Source: a virus (Duplodnaviria; Caudoviricetes). Taken from it: DNA of 64,000 nt. The position numbers and the translations under genes were made by a program. The stretch lies in the IMG/VR virus record IMGVR_UViG_3300026549_000046, positions 32,001 through 96,000 of that record; one strand, written 5' to 3'. Positions 19,749 to 30,016 of the stretch are shown here, one piece after another. A model generated the notes under the pieces. It was not told the origin of the DNA and searched no databases. It worked only from the letters and a program-made list of their open reading frames with translations. Numbering within the stretch: position 1 is the stretch's first letter; the number at the start of each line of letters is the position of its first letter.

Positions 19749-22023
19749 AACTGATTTATATTTTGAAATATCTTTTGAAGAGGCTAGAAATGCTATTTGT
19801 AAACTTAGTGTAATTCAATTTGATACTGAAACTTCTGGATTAGATCCATATACTAAAGAATTACTTTGTTATCAATTGGGTAATAAAGAAAATCAGTATG
19901 TATTTGATCAATTCTCCTATCCTATAACTTTATTTAAAGAATTATTTGAATCAGAAAAACTTTTTATTGGACATAATATAGGATTTGATTTAAAGTGGTG
20001 TTATAAATATAATATATGGCCAAAACATGTTTATGATACTATGTTAGTTGAACAATTAATATGGTTAGGATATAGTCATAGAGCTATTTCTCCAGAAGAG
20101 TATCATGAAGAAAACTATAATTTTCCGTATCTTGAAAAAGAAAATAAGCAAACACATGAATCTTATTATGAATTTAGTTGTTCACTAAAAGCTGTTGGTC
20201 AAAATAGATTAAATATAGAATTAGACAAAACAGTTAGAGGAAAAATTGTTAAGGTAGGTCTTACTCCAGAAGTTATTAATTATGCTGCTACAGATGTAAT
20301 GCATCTTGAAGACATTAAGGAGTCTCAACAAAATGATATTGATAGAGAAAATCTTCAAAAAGCAGTAGATTTGGAAAATGAATTTGTTAAAGTATTAGCT
20401 TATATAGAATTTTGTGGAGTAAAACTTGATGTTGATAAATGGAAAGCTAAAATGGCTAAAGACCAAGAGAAGCTAGACATTGCTTCTAAAAAACTTAATG
20501 ATTTTATTATTAAGTATTTTAATGAACATCAAGGAAATATCCGATTAAAAACTATAGTTACAGAGCATGTGATTGATGCACAATGGATACATGATGAAGA
20601 GGAATTAAAAAAATATAATATTAAACTTTATCAACCCTCTGAAAAAGTTAAAAGATATTATACTAGAAAATCTGGTATTGATAAAGTAGGAACACTTTAT
20701 TGTGAAGAAGTAGAAATACCTTTCCCTTATGTAGAACAAAATTTACAGATGGATTTATTTCAAGAATTCGACCCAACTCCATTCTGTAATATTAATTGGA
20801 AGAGTCCTAAACAAACAATTCCAATATTTGAACTATTAGGATTTAAACTTGATACTTTCGATAAGAAAACTAAACAAAAAAAGAAATCCACTGATTCTGA
20901 TACTATTAAATCTCAAAGAGAAGTGTGCCCAGAAATAGCTGATGCTTATATAGAATTTAAAGAAGCTGCCAAAGTTTGTGATGCTTTTGGAGAAAACTGG
21001 TTAAAAGCAGTTAACCCAGTAACAGGTAGAATTCATGCAGATTTTCATCAATTAGGTGGAGATACTGCTAGATTAAGTTGTGGAGGGGGTGAGGCTTCAG
21101 TAAATGTTCAGCAATTACCGAGAGATGCTGAAACTAGAGCATGTTTTGTTTCAGAGCCTGGAAATTTATTTATTTCAGAAGACTACTCAGCACAGGAATC
21201 GAGGCTCTTAGCATCAGTAACAAATGATCCTGCTTTAATAGAACTTTATACAACTGGTTGCGGGGATTTACATTCTCTAACTGCATATATGTCTTTTCCT
21301 AATAGAATTCCTAGAGATACTAGAATTGAAGATATTAAACATCTTTTTCCTCAAGAACGTCAAGAAGCTAAATCTATTGAATTCTGTATTGGCTACGGAG
21401 GAACAGATGCTACTATGGTTCAAAATAATGGTTTAGAACCAACAGAAGCTAAAAAAATTTATAATGATTATATGAAAGGCTTTCCTGGAGTTAAGAAATA
21501 TCAAGATTATTGTCGTAAAGAAGTAGTTAGAAGAGGATATATCTTAATGAATCCAGTAACTGGACATAGAGCACATATTGAAGATTGGGATAATCGTTGG
21601 AGAAAAATACGTGATTTTGTAAACCAACCTGGATTTTATGAAGAATTCAATAGAATGAAAAAATATGATCCATACAGTAAAGAAGTTTATTGGATTAGGC
21701 AATGGTTTAAAAAGAAATCAGATATAGAAAAACAGTCTATTAATTACAGGATACAAAATAGAGGTGCCTGTTGTTTTAAACTTTCTGCTATATTGCTCTT
21801 CAAATGGATTATAAAGAATAATTATCAAAACATAGTTAAAATATGTGTTCCAGCACATGATGAATTTGATTGTGAATGTCCTGCAAGTATGGCTGAAGAA
21901 TTTGCTTTAGTATTACAAAAATGTATGGAAAATGGGGCTAAACCATTTTGTACCAGATTACCTTTAAGTTCTGATTTATCAAGACTTAAGGATGGAAGCA
22001 TTCCTAATTATTGGATACATTAA
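19711..22023 (+). CDS. polA: DNA polymerase family A with 3'-5' exonuclease
   Basis: FDTETSGL, GHNIGFD, YAATD (exonuclease); TARLS, DYSAQESR, RQEAKSIEFCIGYG, PAHDE (polymerase). Confidence 0.95.
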   Translation: MIYLISKQKQLFKTDLYFEISFEEARNAICKLSVIQFDTETSGLDPYTKELLCYQLGNKENQYVFDQFSYPITLFKELFESEKLFIGHNIGFDLKWCYKYNIWPKHVYDTMLVEQLIWLGYSHRAISPEEYHEENYNFPYLEKENKQTHESYYEFSCSLKAVGQNRLNIELDKTVRGKIVKVGLTPEVINYAATDVMHLEDIKESQQNDIDRENLQKAVDLENEFVKVLAYIEFCGVKLDVDKWKAKMAKDQEKLDIASKKLNDFIIKYFNEHQGNIRLKTIVTEHVIDAQWIHDEEELKKYNIKLYQPSEKVKRYYTRKSGIDKVGTLYCEEVEIPFPYVEQNLQMDLFQEFDPTPFCNINWKSPKQTIPIFELLGFKLDTFDKKTKQKKKSTDSDTIKSQREVCPEIADAYIEFKEAAKVCDAFGENWLKAVNPVTGRIHADFHQLGGDTARLSCGGGEASVNVQQLPRDAETRACFVSEPGNLFISEDYSAQESRLLASVTNDPALIELYTTGCGDLHSLTAYMSFPNRIPRDTRIEDIKHLFPQERQEAKSIEFCIGYGGTDATMVQNNGLEPTEAKKIYNDYMKGFPGVKKYQDYCRKEVVRRGYILMNPVTGHRAHIEDWDNRWRKIRDFVNQPGFYEEFNRMKKYDPYSKEVYWIRQWFKKKSDIEKQSINYRIQNRGACCFKLSAILLFKWIIKNNYQNIVKICVPAHDEFDCECPASMAEEFALVLQKCMENGAKPFCTRLPLSSDLSRLKDGSIPNYWIH

Positions 22024-22024
22024 T

Positions 22025-23839
22025 ATGGACTTTGAATATATAGTATTAAGTCCAAAAGAAGTACAAAATCTTTTGGATTATATTGAGATAACTCCATCTA
22101 ATCACTGTATATGTATTTCTAAAAATATTGATAATAATAGAATATATGTAGAAGATTTTGGAAAAGATAGAAGAGAAGAAGGAAATGAATTAGAGATTAC
22201 TGAAAATTATGAAGAAATTTAATGTGATTGTTTATAATATAAACAGTAAAGAATTTGAATCTTATAATATAATTCCATATTTAATTTCTTGTTATGATAA
22301 AAAAGAAAATAAACCAAAAACATTTGAAGAATTTAAAGAATTTGTAAAGAATGAATCAATGTATCAATGGTGGTCAAGATGTGAGTATGAAATTATATTA
22401 AGTCCCTGGCCTTATATAACTTCTCCTAGTGAACGCTATAATAAGAAAGGAGAAGATGATGTAGAAGCCTGGAAAGAACACTGGAAAAAACATTTAAAAG
22501 AATGTGAAAAGATTGATGTTCATTATCAAGTAATGATGAATCTTGATGTGATAACTGATCTAGTAATGGAGAGTATATGAAACTAACTAAAAAAGAAATT
22601 GACGTTATTGTAGATGACGCGTCTCAAGGTATCTACGACGACGTATGGGCTGAACTTAATATTGAATTTGTAGAAGAGTATATATTGGATAATACTGCAA
22701 ATGAATATGATAATGAAGATTTGAATGAAATCCTCAAAAGGCTTCAAGATATTCAAAAAGAAATACAAGAAGAATATATTTCAGAGGAAGAAGAAAGTTT
22801 GTATCAAGAAATTGATGAATTTATACATGATACTGATATACATTTAAGTCATACAAATATTGGTAAAGTTTTAACAAAATTAGCTAACTACTATTTACAT
22901 GGATAATTCAATTTATATAGGTAATGGTATTTTAGAACAGATAAAAAGCTTTGGTTATAGTTATCCAAATACCGTAACTAAAGAATCTGTAATATTAAAT
23001 AATAAAAATGAGTATTTAGAATATACTCCCATACAATCATTAAATGGATTTAATATTGGAGATATTATTATTTCTAAAGGTAAGAAATATAAAATTATAA
23101 ATATTGTAAAAGATGCTGATAAGCCTTTTGTATGTAAAAAGATTAAAGGAATATCAATAGATCATAAATATTTTGATGTTGCGGAAATACAAAAATGCTA
23201 ATAGAGGTAAGAAGAATTGAAAAATATCCAGAACTATTCCCCGATTTATATGATGATTTATATAAAGCATTAAATGAAGTAGAAGGTAATTGTATTATAA
23301 GAATATGTAAATTATGAATAAATATAACGTAGTAATGATAGAAGGCAAACAATGTATTCCATTTTTAAATCTTACTGAACAAGCATTTTATGATAAACTT
23401 TGGGAATGGACTTATGAGGATGATTTATGGGATTATTTAGAAGAAGTTAATCCTACTAAAGAAGAGCTTGAAAATGTCTTAGATCAATTTATAAGAGAAA
23501 GTATGTTTCATGAATATGAGGATGATGATGTAGATTGTTTTGCTTTTGTAAATACTGACGAAGGAATTGTAGAATATCAAATAAGTGAAAGATTAATTGA
23601 ATTTGTACATGCTAAAATAGAAGAACATAATGAAAGATGATAATATTTATCTTCAATATTTAAGAGAATTAATGATTAACTGGAGATGTATTCAAAAGAA
23701 ACCTATAGGTGGATGTCTTATGTTAATTAAAAATGATCTTGAAGAAGATTTTATTGAAATGTTAGAAAGTCATTTACATGATTTTAAAGTTAATGAAGAT
23801 GAGTTTCACTGGAACGGAACAACTATTAAATTAGTATGA
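22025..23839 (+). other. run of about seven short, translationally coupled hypothetical genes, several strongly acidic
   Basis: ORFs 22025-22222, 22209-22580, 22577-22906, 22899-23201, 23314-23640, 23630-23839 and a 40-aa ORF near 23195. Confidence 0.65.
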
Positions 23840-24423
23840 TTGATAATTTTAAATTAATAAACTCCCTTCTTAAATTTCCTAATGACGATACTTATTACCA
23901 TTTACAAATTATAAGAAGAGGTAAAGACCATCCAGAACTTTCTGCTGCAAATAGATTAATTAAATCTTATTTTATTACTGATATTAATGATTTAGATTTT
24001 TATGAACAAGAAATAAAAGACTTATGTAAACTCTTTGGAGCAAGAGCATATATTAATCTTGCTCCTAAATCTATTAAGAAAACTACAATGCTTCAATTAA
24101 AGTATCTTGCTCAACGTGCTTATGAAGGAGATTTTAAGAAAATTTGGAAATCTTGGAATACTTGTGCTGGAGAAATAAAAGGAGAAGAACCTAGATGGAT
24201 TGTTGATAATGATAATCCCTTAGAAAAAATGATTTATTGGTGGGATGTTAGAGAGTATATTAATGAAAAATGTGAGCCTGTAGGAAATAAAATTATAAAT
24301 ATTATTCCAACTAAAAATGGCAATCATTTAATTACAACTCCCTTTAATCTTCAACAATTTAAAGAGAAATATCCAGATATAGATGTTCATAAAAATAATC
24401 CAACTTTATTATATTGCTTATGA
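23836..24423 (+). CDS. archaeo-eukaryotic primase (AEP)-like protein
   Basis: WIVDND (motif I) and PTKNGNHL (motif II). Confidence 0.5.
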   Translation: MIDNFKLINSLLKFPNDDTYYHLQIIRRGKDHPELSAANRLIKSYFITDINDLDFYEQEIKDLCKLFGARAYINLAPKSIKKTTMLQLKYLAQRAYEGDFKKIWKSWNTCAGEIKGEEPRWIVDNDNPLEKMIYWWDVREYINEKCEPVGNKIINIIPTKNGNHLITTPFNLQQFKEKYPDIDVHKNNPTLLYCL

Positions 24424-24552
24424 TAACAGTTATTAAACAATCTAGGGAAGAACTATATGATATGTATATGAGGTGTTCTAAAGAAGAACTAGCTTCTATG
24501 TTAGCTGAGAGAGATTATATTGGATTAGAATTTAATAAAATAATAAATCATA

Positions 24553-24822
24553 ATGAAAATTAAAGAATTATTATATAATACACCAGAAATGACTGAAGAA
24601 AAGCTTTTAGAAATTATAAATAAAAATCTTCCTATGATGCGTTCGTCTGCTAAAAATAGAATTAGAGAACTTCATAAAGGAGAGAATAATTTAGCTAAAG
24701 CTTTTCTAGATGAATACGATTTAATTCAAGATAAGAAATCATATCTTACAAAAGGACAGCGAGATCAAATTGTTGGATTTGTAGGATTGTGTATGATTCA
24801 AATGACTAAGGGAAGTGAGTGA
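24553..24822 (+). CDS. hypothetical protein
   Basis: 89-aa ORF. Confidence 0.65.
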   Translation: MKIKELLYNTPEMTEEKLLEIINKNLPMMRSSAKNRIRELHKGENNLAKAFLDEYDLIQDKKSYLTKGQRDQIVGFVGLCMIQMTKGSE

Positions 24823-25150
24823 AGAATTAAACAATGAACCAGTAACTAATCCTCAAGTAAAAATAGATTGGGATTTATACAAAACATTAAAATATTTAGG
24901 GATTATTAGAGACCATATAGAAGAAGACATACGTTCTTTTAATATTGGAAAAAGTAATTATTCTAAACATTTAATTCAACCCTGGACTATTTGGTTAGAT
25001 TATCCAGAATTAACTAGTTGGGATCATGATATTATTAAAAGAGTCCTTAGAACTAAAGAAGGAGAACCTAGGGAAGTTGATTATGAGAAAATAATTCATA
25101 ACTGTCAAGAACGTTTAAGGCAAATAAAAGAACAAAGAAATGAAAATTGA
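24815..25150 (+). CDS. DUF3310-like protein (possible nucleotide kinase family)
   Basis: NIGKSNY...IQPW...IIKRVLR...DYEKIIH pattern. Confidence 0.45.
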   Translation: MSEELNNEPVTNPQVKIDWDLYKTLKYLGIIRDHIEEDIRSFNIGKSNYSKHLIQPWTIWLDYPELTSWDHDIIKRVLRTKEGEPREVDYEKIIHNCQERLRQIKEQRNEN

Positions 25151-25694
25151 AATTAGAAGAATAACTAATTGGTCGATGGCATTAAGTTCGGCACGATTTA
25201 CCCAAAGAAAGGAGCCTATTAGTGGAGAACCCTCAATTAAATGGAAGAAAAAACTTATTAAAGCTGAACATTCTCCATTAAGGTGTGTATTATTTAACAT
25301 TGATATGTATGATATTCCATATAGAACTTCAGTACATTTTGTAAGGCATGTACATGCACAACCATTTGGCAGTACAAGTCGTCCAGATATTGATGGAAAA
25401 ATGCCTCCTCGTTCAGAACAAAAGAAAGATGATCCAGTTAATCTAAGATTATTTCTTAACGCTGAAGAAATAATTAATATTAGTAGAAAAAGACTTTGCA
25501 ATAAAGCAGAAAAAGAAACAAGAAAAATTTGGAGACAAGTAATAGAAGAACTTAGAAAAACTGAACCAGAACTTGCTAATGCTTGTGTTCCTAATTGTTT
25601 ATATAGGGGATTCTGTCCTGAATTCAAGTCTTGCGGGTTTGCAGATTCTGAATTATTTGTATTGAAATTACATGATTATTTCAATAGCCTATGA
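25140..25694 (+). CDS. thyX: flavin-dependent thymidylate synthase-like protein
   Basis: EHSPL, HFVRH....STSR, RKRLC.KA..E, CPEFKSC. Confidence 0.75.
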   Translation: MKIEIRRITNWSMALSSARFTQRKEPISGEPSIKWKKKLIKAEHSPLRCVLFNIDMYDIPYRTSVHFVRHVHAQPFGSTSRPDIDGKMPPRSEQKKDDPVNLRLFLNAEEIINISRKRLCNKAEKETRKIWRQVIEELRKTEPELANACVPNCLYRGFCPEFKSCGFADSELFVLKLHDYFNSL

Positions 25695-26837
25695 TAGAAA
25701 ATAAAAGAATAGGAGATTTAGAATTTAGACCTTCTTCATATTTACTTCCAAAGGATAGATGGCCTAAAAATCCTTCTTATGATATAGCTTTATGGTATCC
25801 TAATAATTATTATGGAAGAGATAATGAATTTCCAGAAGATCCATTAGATAATTCTTTTAGAACAGACCCTAAATATTCCAATTATAGAATTCATAAATCA
25901 TGTTTTAAACATCCAGAAACATGTTTTACTATAGCTAGTTTTGATTATGACGAACATGAAGGATTTTATGAATTACATTTTTGCCTTGATAGGCCTATTG
26001 AATATTTAAATACTGTAGAAAAAAGAGACGCCTTTTGGGAATTATTATACTATGGTAATGAACAATTAAATAATAGTAAAGATGAAGAAGAGTCATAATT
26101 GTTATCATTGTGGTTATTATAAAAATGGATATTGCAATGACTTAGATAAAAGAGTAGGTCCAGATGATCCTGTATGTTCAGAAGAATATTATAATTCATG
26201 AATAAATTTATAGAATATGATATTCATAATGGAATTACCCAAATATGGTGTGCTGTTATGAATATTCTTGACGCTTTGGATAAAATGGAAATTGATTCCT
26301 ATAACTTTGGTCCTTATATATCTTCTACGCTAATAGAAGAATGTATGGGACAGTCGGGGTGGGAAATAGATGGAGATATATTTTATTCTCCTTCTAGAAG
26401 AGATTTTGTATTTAGTAATGATTCAATATTAGAGTTACGAACATGAAAAAAATTGAAGTGAATATTTCTCAATGTTTAAGTTCTACCGAAGTAATAGAAG
26501 TTCCAGAAGATTTTGAAGATTATGATAATACTGGAGCTTTATGTGATTTTGTTAGAGAACAAATAATATTACCATCAGATTGTTTAGAACATGAAGGTTA
26601 TTGGTGGAATGTTGATGAATTTTGGGTAGGAGTATGATTGAATTTAAATTAAATAAAAAGGAAACAGAGCTTGCTGAAAAATTTATGCAAGAACATAGAC
26701 ATCCTGAAGTTTACAAAGGCACTATAGGAGGACATTTAAATTATATATTCACCCCTACTTCTATTGGAGATGCATGTAGTATTAAATGTAATATATGTAA
26801 TACAGAAGAAAATATAACAGATTATGATAGTTGGTAG
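25691..26837 (+). other. run of short hypothetical genes
   Basis: ORFs 25691-26098, 26198-26446, 26443-26637, ~26634-26837 and a Cys-rich 39-aa ORF near 26082. Confidence 0.6.
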
Positions 26838-27405
26838 TCACAACAGTTGGAGTTATCTCCCATCTAAGAAATGGTGGATGACTCCATTTAAGTTTATGGC
26901 TAAATGCCAAGATTTAAATATTATTGAACAATATGAAATCGGAGTACGATGTTTTGATTTAAGAGTTAGATTTAATAAAAAAGGAGCGTTTGTATTAGGT
27001 CATGGTTTTATGCAATATGATATATCCCTAGATGAATTATTAGAAGATCTTAAATGGCTTAATTCAAAAGAAGATACGGTGTATATAAGGATATTGCATG
27101 AAGTTAGAAATAAACATCAATATACTACATCTTCTATTGCGAAATTCAAGTATTTATGTACTGGATTAGTAACAGCTTATCCTAATCTTATATTTTGGTG
27201 TGGTCGAAATCTTTATAATTGGGAAATAGATTATTCCTTTTCTTGTAATCCATCATGTGAAGAAAAATATTCATCAGTATGTTCTCCAAAACTAATTGAT
27301 GATTGGTATCCAAGATGGTTTGCTAAGAAAAATAATATAGATATATTGTATAAAGGTACAGATAAAGATATACTTTTAATTGATTTTGTAAACTATGGAT
27401 ATTGA
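26824..27405 (+). CDS. PI-PLC X-domain-like phosphodiesterase
   Basis: GSHNS, CQ..I.EQY..GVRCFDLRV and HG motifs. Confidence 0.75.
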   Translation: MIVGSHNSWSYLPSKKWWMTPFKFMAKCQDLNIIEQYEIGVRCFDLRVRFNKKGAFVLGHGFMQYDISLDELLEDLKWLNSKEDTVYIRILHEVRNKHQYTTSSIAKFKYLCTGLVTAYPNLIFWCGRNLYNWEIDYSFSCNPSCEEKYSSVCSPKLIDDWYPRWFAKKNNIDILYKGTDKDILLIDFVNYGY

Positions 27406-27853
27406 TAAATTAATTAAAATGGCAACTCTAGATAAGAATGGAGCTGCTAAGGAAGCTTATAGGGCTATTAAGGCTGAATTACTTTTAAATAATTCAGCTA
27501 AAAAACCTAGAGAATTTGGAAAAGATATACAACTTCCAAATGGAGAATTTATAAATGAACTTCAAATTTCTATTATTAGAAAGTTAATTAAGGAAAGAGA
27601 AGAGCAAGTTTCCATGTATGAAGCTAATAGTCGTAAAGATTTAGCTGATATGTACAGAGAACAAATAAAATATTTAGAACAATTACTTCCTCCAGAAATT
27701 TCTAAAGAGCAAATCCAAGAAGCTGTAGTAACTGCTTTTCCGAAAGGTTATCCTAAGAAGGAAATGGGGTTTGTGATTAAACAAATTAAGGATATTTATC
27801 CAACTGCTGATGGAAAATTAATTTCTGAAATAGTTAAAAAGCATATTGTATGA
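27395..27853 (+). CDS. GatB/YqeY domain protein
   Basis: YRAIKAELL, IRKLIKERE...YE..SRKDLA, LLPPEIS, EMGFVIK, ADGKLISEIVK. Confidence 0.8.
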   Translation: MDIDKLIKMATLDKNGAAKEAYRAIKAELLLNNSAKKPREFGKDIQLPNGEFINELQISIIRKLIKEREEQVSMYEANSRKDLADMYREQIKYLEQLLPPEISKEQIQEAVVTAFPKGYPKKEMGFVIKQIKDIYPTADGKLISEIVKKHIV

Positions 27854-28032
27854 AAATATTTTTAAATTATATTGTAATTCCTATTATAGTAGCAGTGGAA
27901 GTAGTAGGAGTTTCAAAATTATATCCGCTTTGTGAAGATTCTATTTGGAAATTAATTCTTCTTTATTTCGGAGTATATATTACATATGAAATATACAGAG
28001 GCATAAAAAACAACTATTATTCTAATTTTTAA
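27850..28032 (+). CDS. small membrane protein
   Basis: Two hydrophobic segments. Confidence 0.55.
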   Translation: MKIFLNYIVIPIIVAVEVVGVSKLYPLCEDSIWKLILLYFGVYITYEIYRGIKNNYYSNF

Positions 28033-28043
28033 AAATTTAACAA

Positions 28044-28622
28044 ATGATTACATTAATTATTGTAGACTGTCAAAATGATTTTATTACTGGAACAATGTCA
28101 GTAAAAGGTGCTAAAAATGCTGTAGAAGAAATTAAAAAATTTATTAAAAATCACCGTAAAGAAATCGAAAAAATTATATTTACTGTAGATTGGCACCCGT
28201 TTAATCATATGTCTTTTAAGAAAAATGGAGGACAGTGGCCTTCCCATTGTGTACAATACACTCCAGGAGCTTGTATTGAACCAAAACTTTTAAAGTTCGT
28301 ATGTAATACTGGTATTGATTATGAAGTTAGTCAAAAAGGTAATATTGAAGAAGTAGAACAATATGGAGCCTTTGAAGATATCGAATTTGTAACAGACGAA
28401 CTAGGGAAACATTATTACTTTGATTCTATAGTTACTGCTAATGCAGATACTGATTTTGTTGTATGTGGAATTGCTGGAGACTTTTGTGTAAAAGCTACTA
28501 TTGAAAATCTTCTTAAAGAAGATATATGTCCTAAAGTATTTTGTCCTGGAATAGTATCTATTGATGGAGGTAAAATATTTAGTGAATTTATTAAAGAAAA
28601 TAAATTAGAGAAAATTGTATGA
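28044..28622 (+). CDS. pncA: nicotinamidase (isochorismatase family)
   Basis: IVDCQNDF, DWHP, WPSHCVQ, QKG and GIAGDFCV catalytic/metal motifs. Confidence 0.88.
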   Translation: MITLIIVDCQNDFITGTMSVKGAKNAVEEIKKFIKNHRKEIEKIIFTVDWHPFNHMSFKKNGGQWPSHCVQYTPGACIEPKLLKFVCNTGIDYEVSQKGNIEEVEQYGAFEDIEFVTDELGKHYYFDSIVTANADTDFVVCGIAGDFCVKATIENLLKEDICPKVFCPGIVSIDGGKIFSEFIKENKLEKIV

Positions 28623-28779
28623 AATATTCAGAATTAATTAGAGAATTAGAGTGTTGGAAAAGTATTTCTGAAGAAGAAGATCCAGAAGTTGTAGTTGCAG
28701 ATTCTCATGTAAGCTATGAATTTCCCATTAAAAAGATAGAACCTTTTTATGATAATATTGGTATAATTATAAATGCACA

Positions 28780-29292
28780 ATGAAAAATTTTCCAATTATT
28801 GATAAAGAAACAGGACGGGAATATTGGATTTCCCGTTCTGTATGTGTTTTAACAATAGTTAAAGCATTTAATAGATATGGAGAAGAATGTATTTTAGCAG
28901 TTCAAAGAGGAAAGGGAACTCCCGACCCAGAATATATTGGAAGTTATTGCTTACCTTGTGGGTATGTAGATTTTGATGAAACTATCAAACAAGCAGCTGC
29001 TAGAGAATTAAAAGAAGAAACTGGATTAACTTTTCCTATATCTAATTTTAATTTAATATATATAAATGATTCTCCAGAATCAGATAAAAGACAAAATATT
29101 ACTTTTAGATATTTAGTAAAAACAGATATGCTAGTAGAGGATTTAGAGTTAATGTTTACTACTAAAAATTCTGAAGAGAATGAAGTTAGCTCAATTAGAT
29201 TTATTAGAACAAAAGATGTTGATTTATATGATTGGGCATTTAACCACGAAGAATTAATAAAAACTTATGATAAATTCACAAGAACTAATTAA
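28780..29292 (+). CDS. Nudix hydrolase, probable ADP-ribose pyrophosphatase
   Basis: Nudix box GYVDFDETIKQAAARELKEETG; C-terminal AFNH. Confidence 0.85.
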   Translation: MKNFPIIDKETGREYWISRSVCVLTIVKAFNRYGEECILAVQRGKGTPDPEYIGSYCLPCGYVDFDETIKQAAARELKEETGLTFPISNFNLIYINDSPESDKRQNITFRYLVKTDMLVEDLELMFTTKNSEENEVSSIRFIRTKDVDLYDWAFNHEELIKTYDKFTRTN

Positions 29293-29641
29293 AATTTCAA
29301 TTGAAAATTCGTCTGATAAAATTGAAAAATGTATAAATGAAATTCAAGAAAGATTAACCACTGCTGCTAAAAAAGGAGAATTTAGTTATAATTATAATGG
29401 AAGTAAGTATTTTCCAGGACTTCTTCATTATGTAGCTAAGATTCTTTTTGCAGAAGGGTATAAAGTAGAATATAAAAATTCAATGTTAGAAATTTCTTGG
29501 TATGATACAGAAATTAAGCAAACAAAGTATTCTGAAGAAAAGAAAACAGAAAATTATAAACAGAATAAACCAGTGCAAAAATCTGAAGGAACTAAAACAA
29601 CTGGAAAAAACACTACAGTATCACCCAATTCTGAAGGATGA
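29267..29641 (+). CDS. hypothetical protein
   Basis: 124-aa ORF; its 3' end overlaps the next ORF by 140 nt. Confidence 0.55.
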   Translation: MINSQELIKISIENSSDKIEKCINEIQERLTTAAKKGEFSYNYNGSKYFPGLLHYVAKILFAEGYKVEYKNSMLEISWYDTEIKQTKYSEEKKTENYKQNKPVQKSEGTKTTGKNTTVSPNSEG

Positions 29642-30005
29642 TGAAAACTGGGATTATGATTTTCTTTTAGATTTAATTGAATTTAAATTAAAGAGAATGT
29701 CTCAATATTTTCATACACATAGAATCGTTGAAAATGAAGATTGGTATGGAACTCTTTGTGATAGAGCTATAGCTATTTTACATGCTGGGTATAAAACTGA
29801 TATAATATTATCTAGTGAAATTAAATTTGAAGGAATTTATGTTAATATTAGAAATAAAAATAGATTTACTCCAGCTTATATGAAAAGAATAATTCATGAC
29901 AAAGAATATCTTGATAAATATGAATTGGCTACTATAAGAGAAGAAAAAGCTAAAGCTTTATTTTGGAAATTTTTACATCATTATATAGAGTTACTTTGGG
30001 ATTAA
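29502..30005 (+). CDS. hypothetical protein
   Basis: 167-aa ORF. Confidence 0.65.
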   Translation: MIQKLSKQSILKKRKQKIINRINQCKNLKELKQLEKTLQYHPILKDDENWDYDFLLDLIEFKLKRMSQYFHTHRIVENEDWYGTLCDRAIAILHAGYKTDIILSSEIKFEGIYVNIRNKNRFTPAYMKRIIHDKEYLDKYELATIREEKAKALFWKFLHHYIELLWD

Positions 30006-30016
30006 ATAATAAAATT

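Noticed and set aside
19711-22023. Intein in polA or nrdD
   Set aside because: No C/S...HN splice-junction motifs or LAGLIDADG blocks seen, and protein lengths are ordinary
29502-29641. 140-nt overlap as a programmed frameshift
   Set aside because: More simply a lost stop extending the upstream ORF with a low-complexity tail; no clear slippery site plus structure
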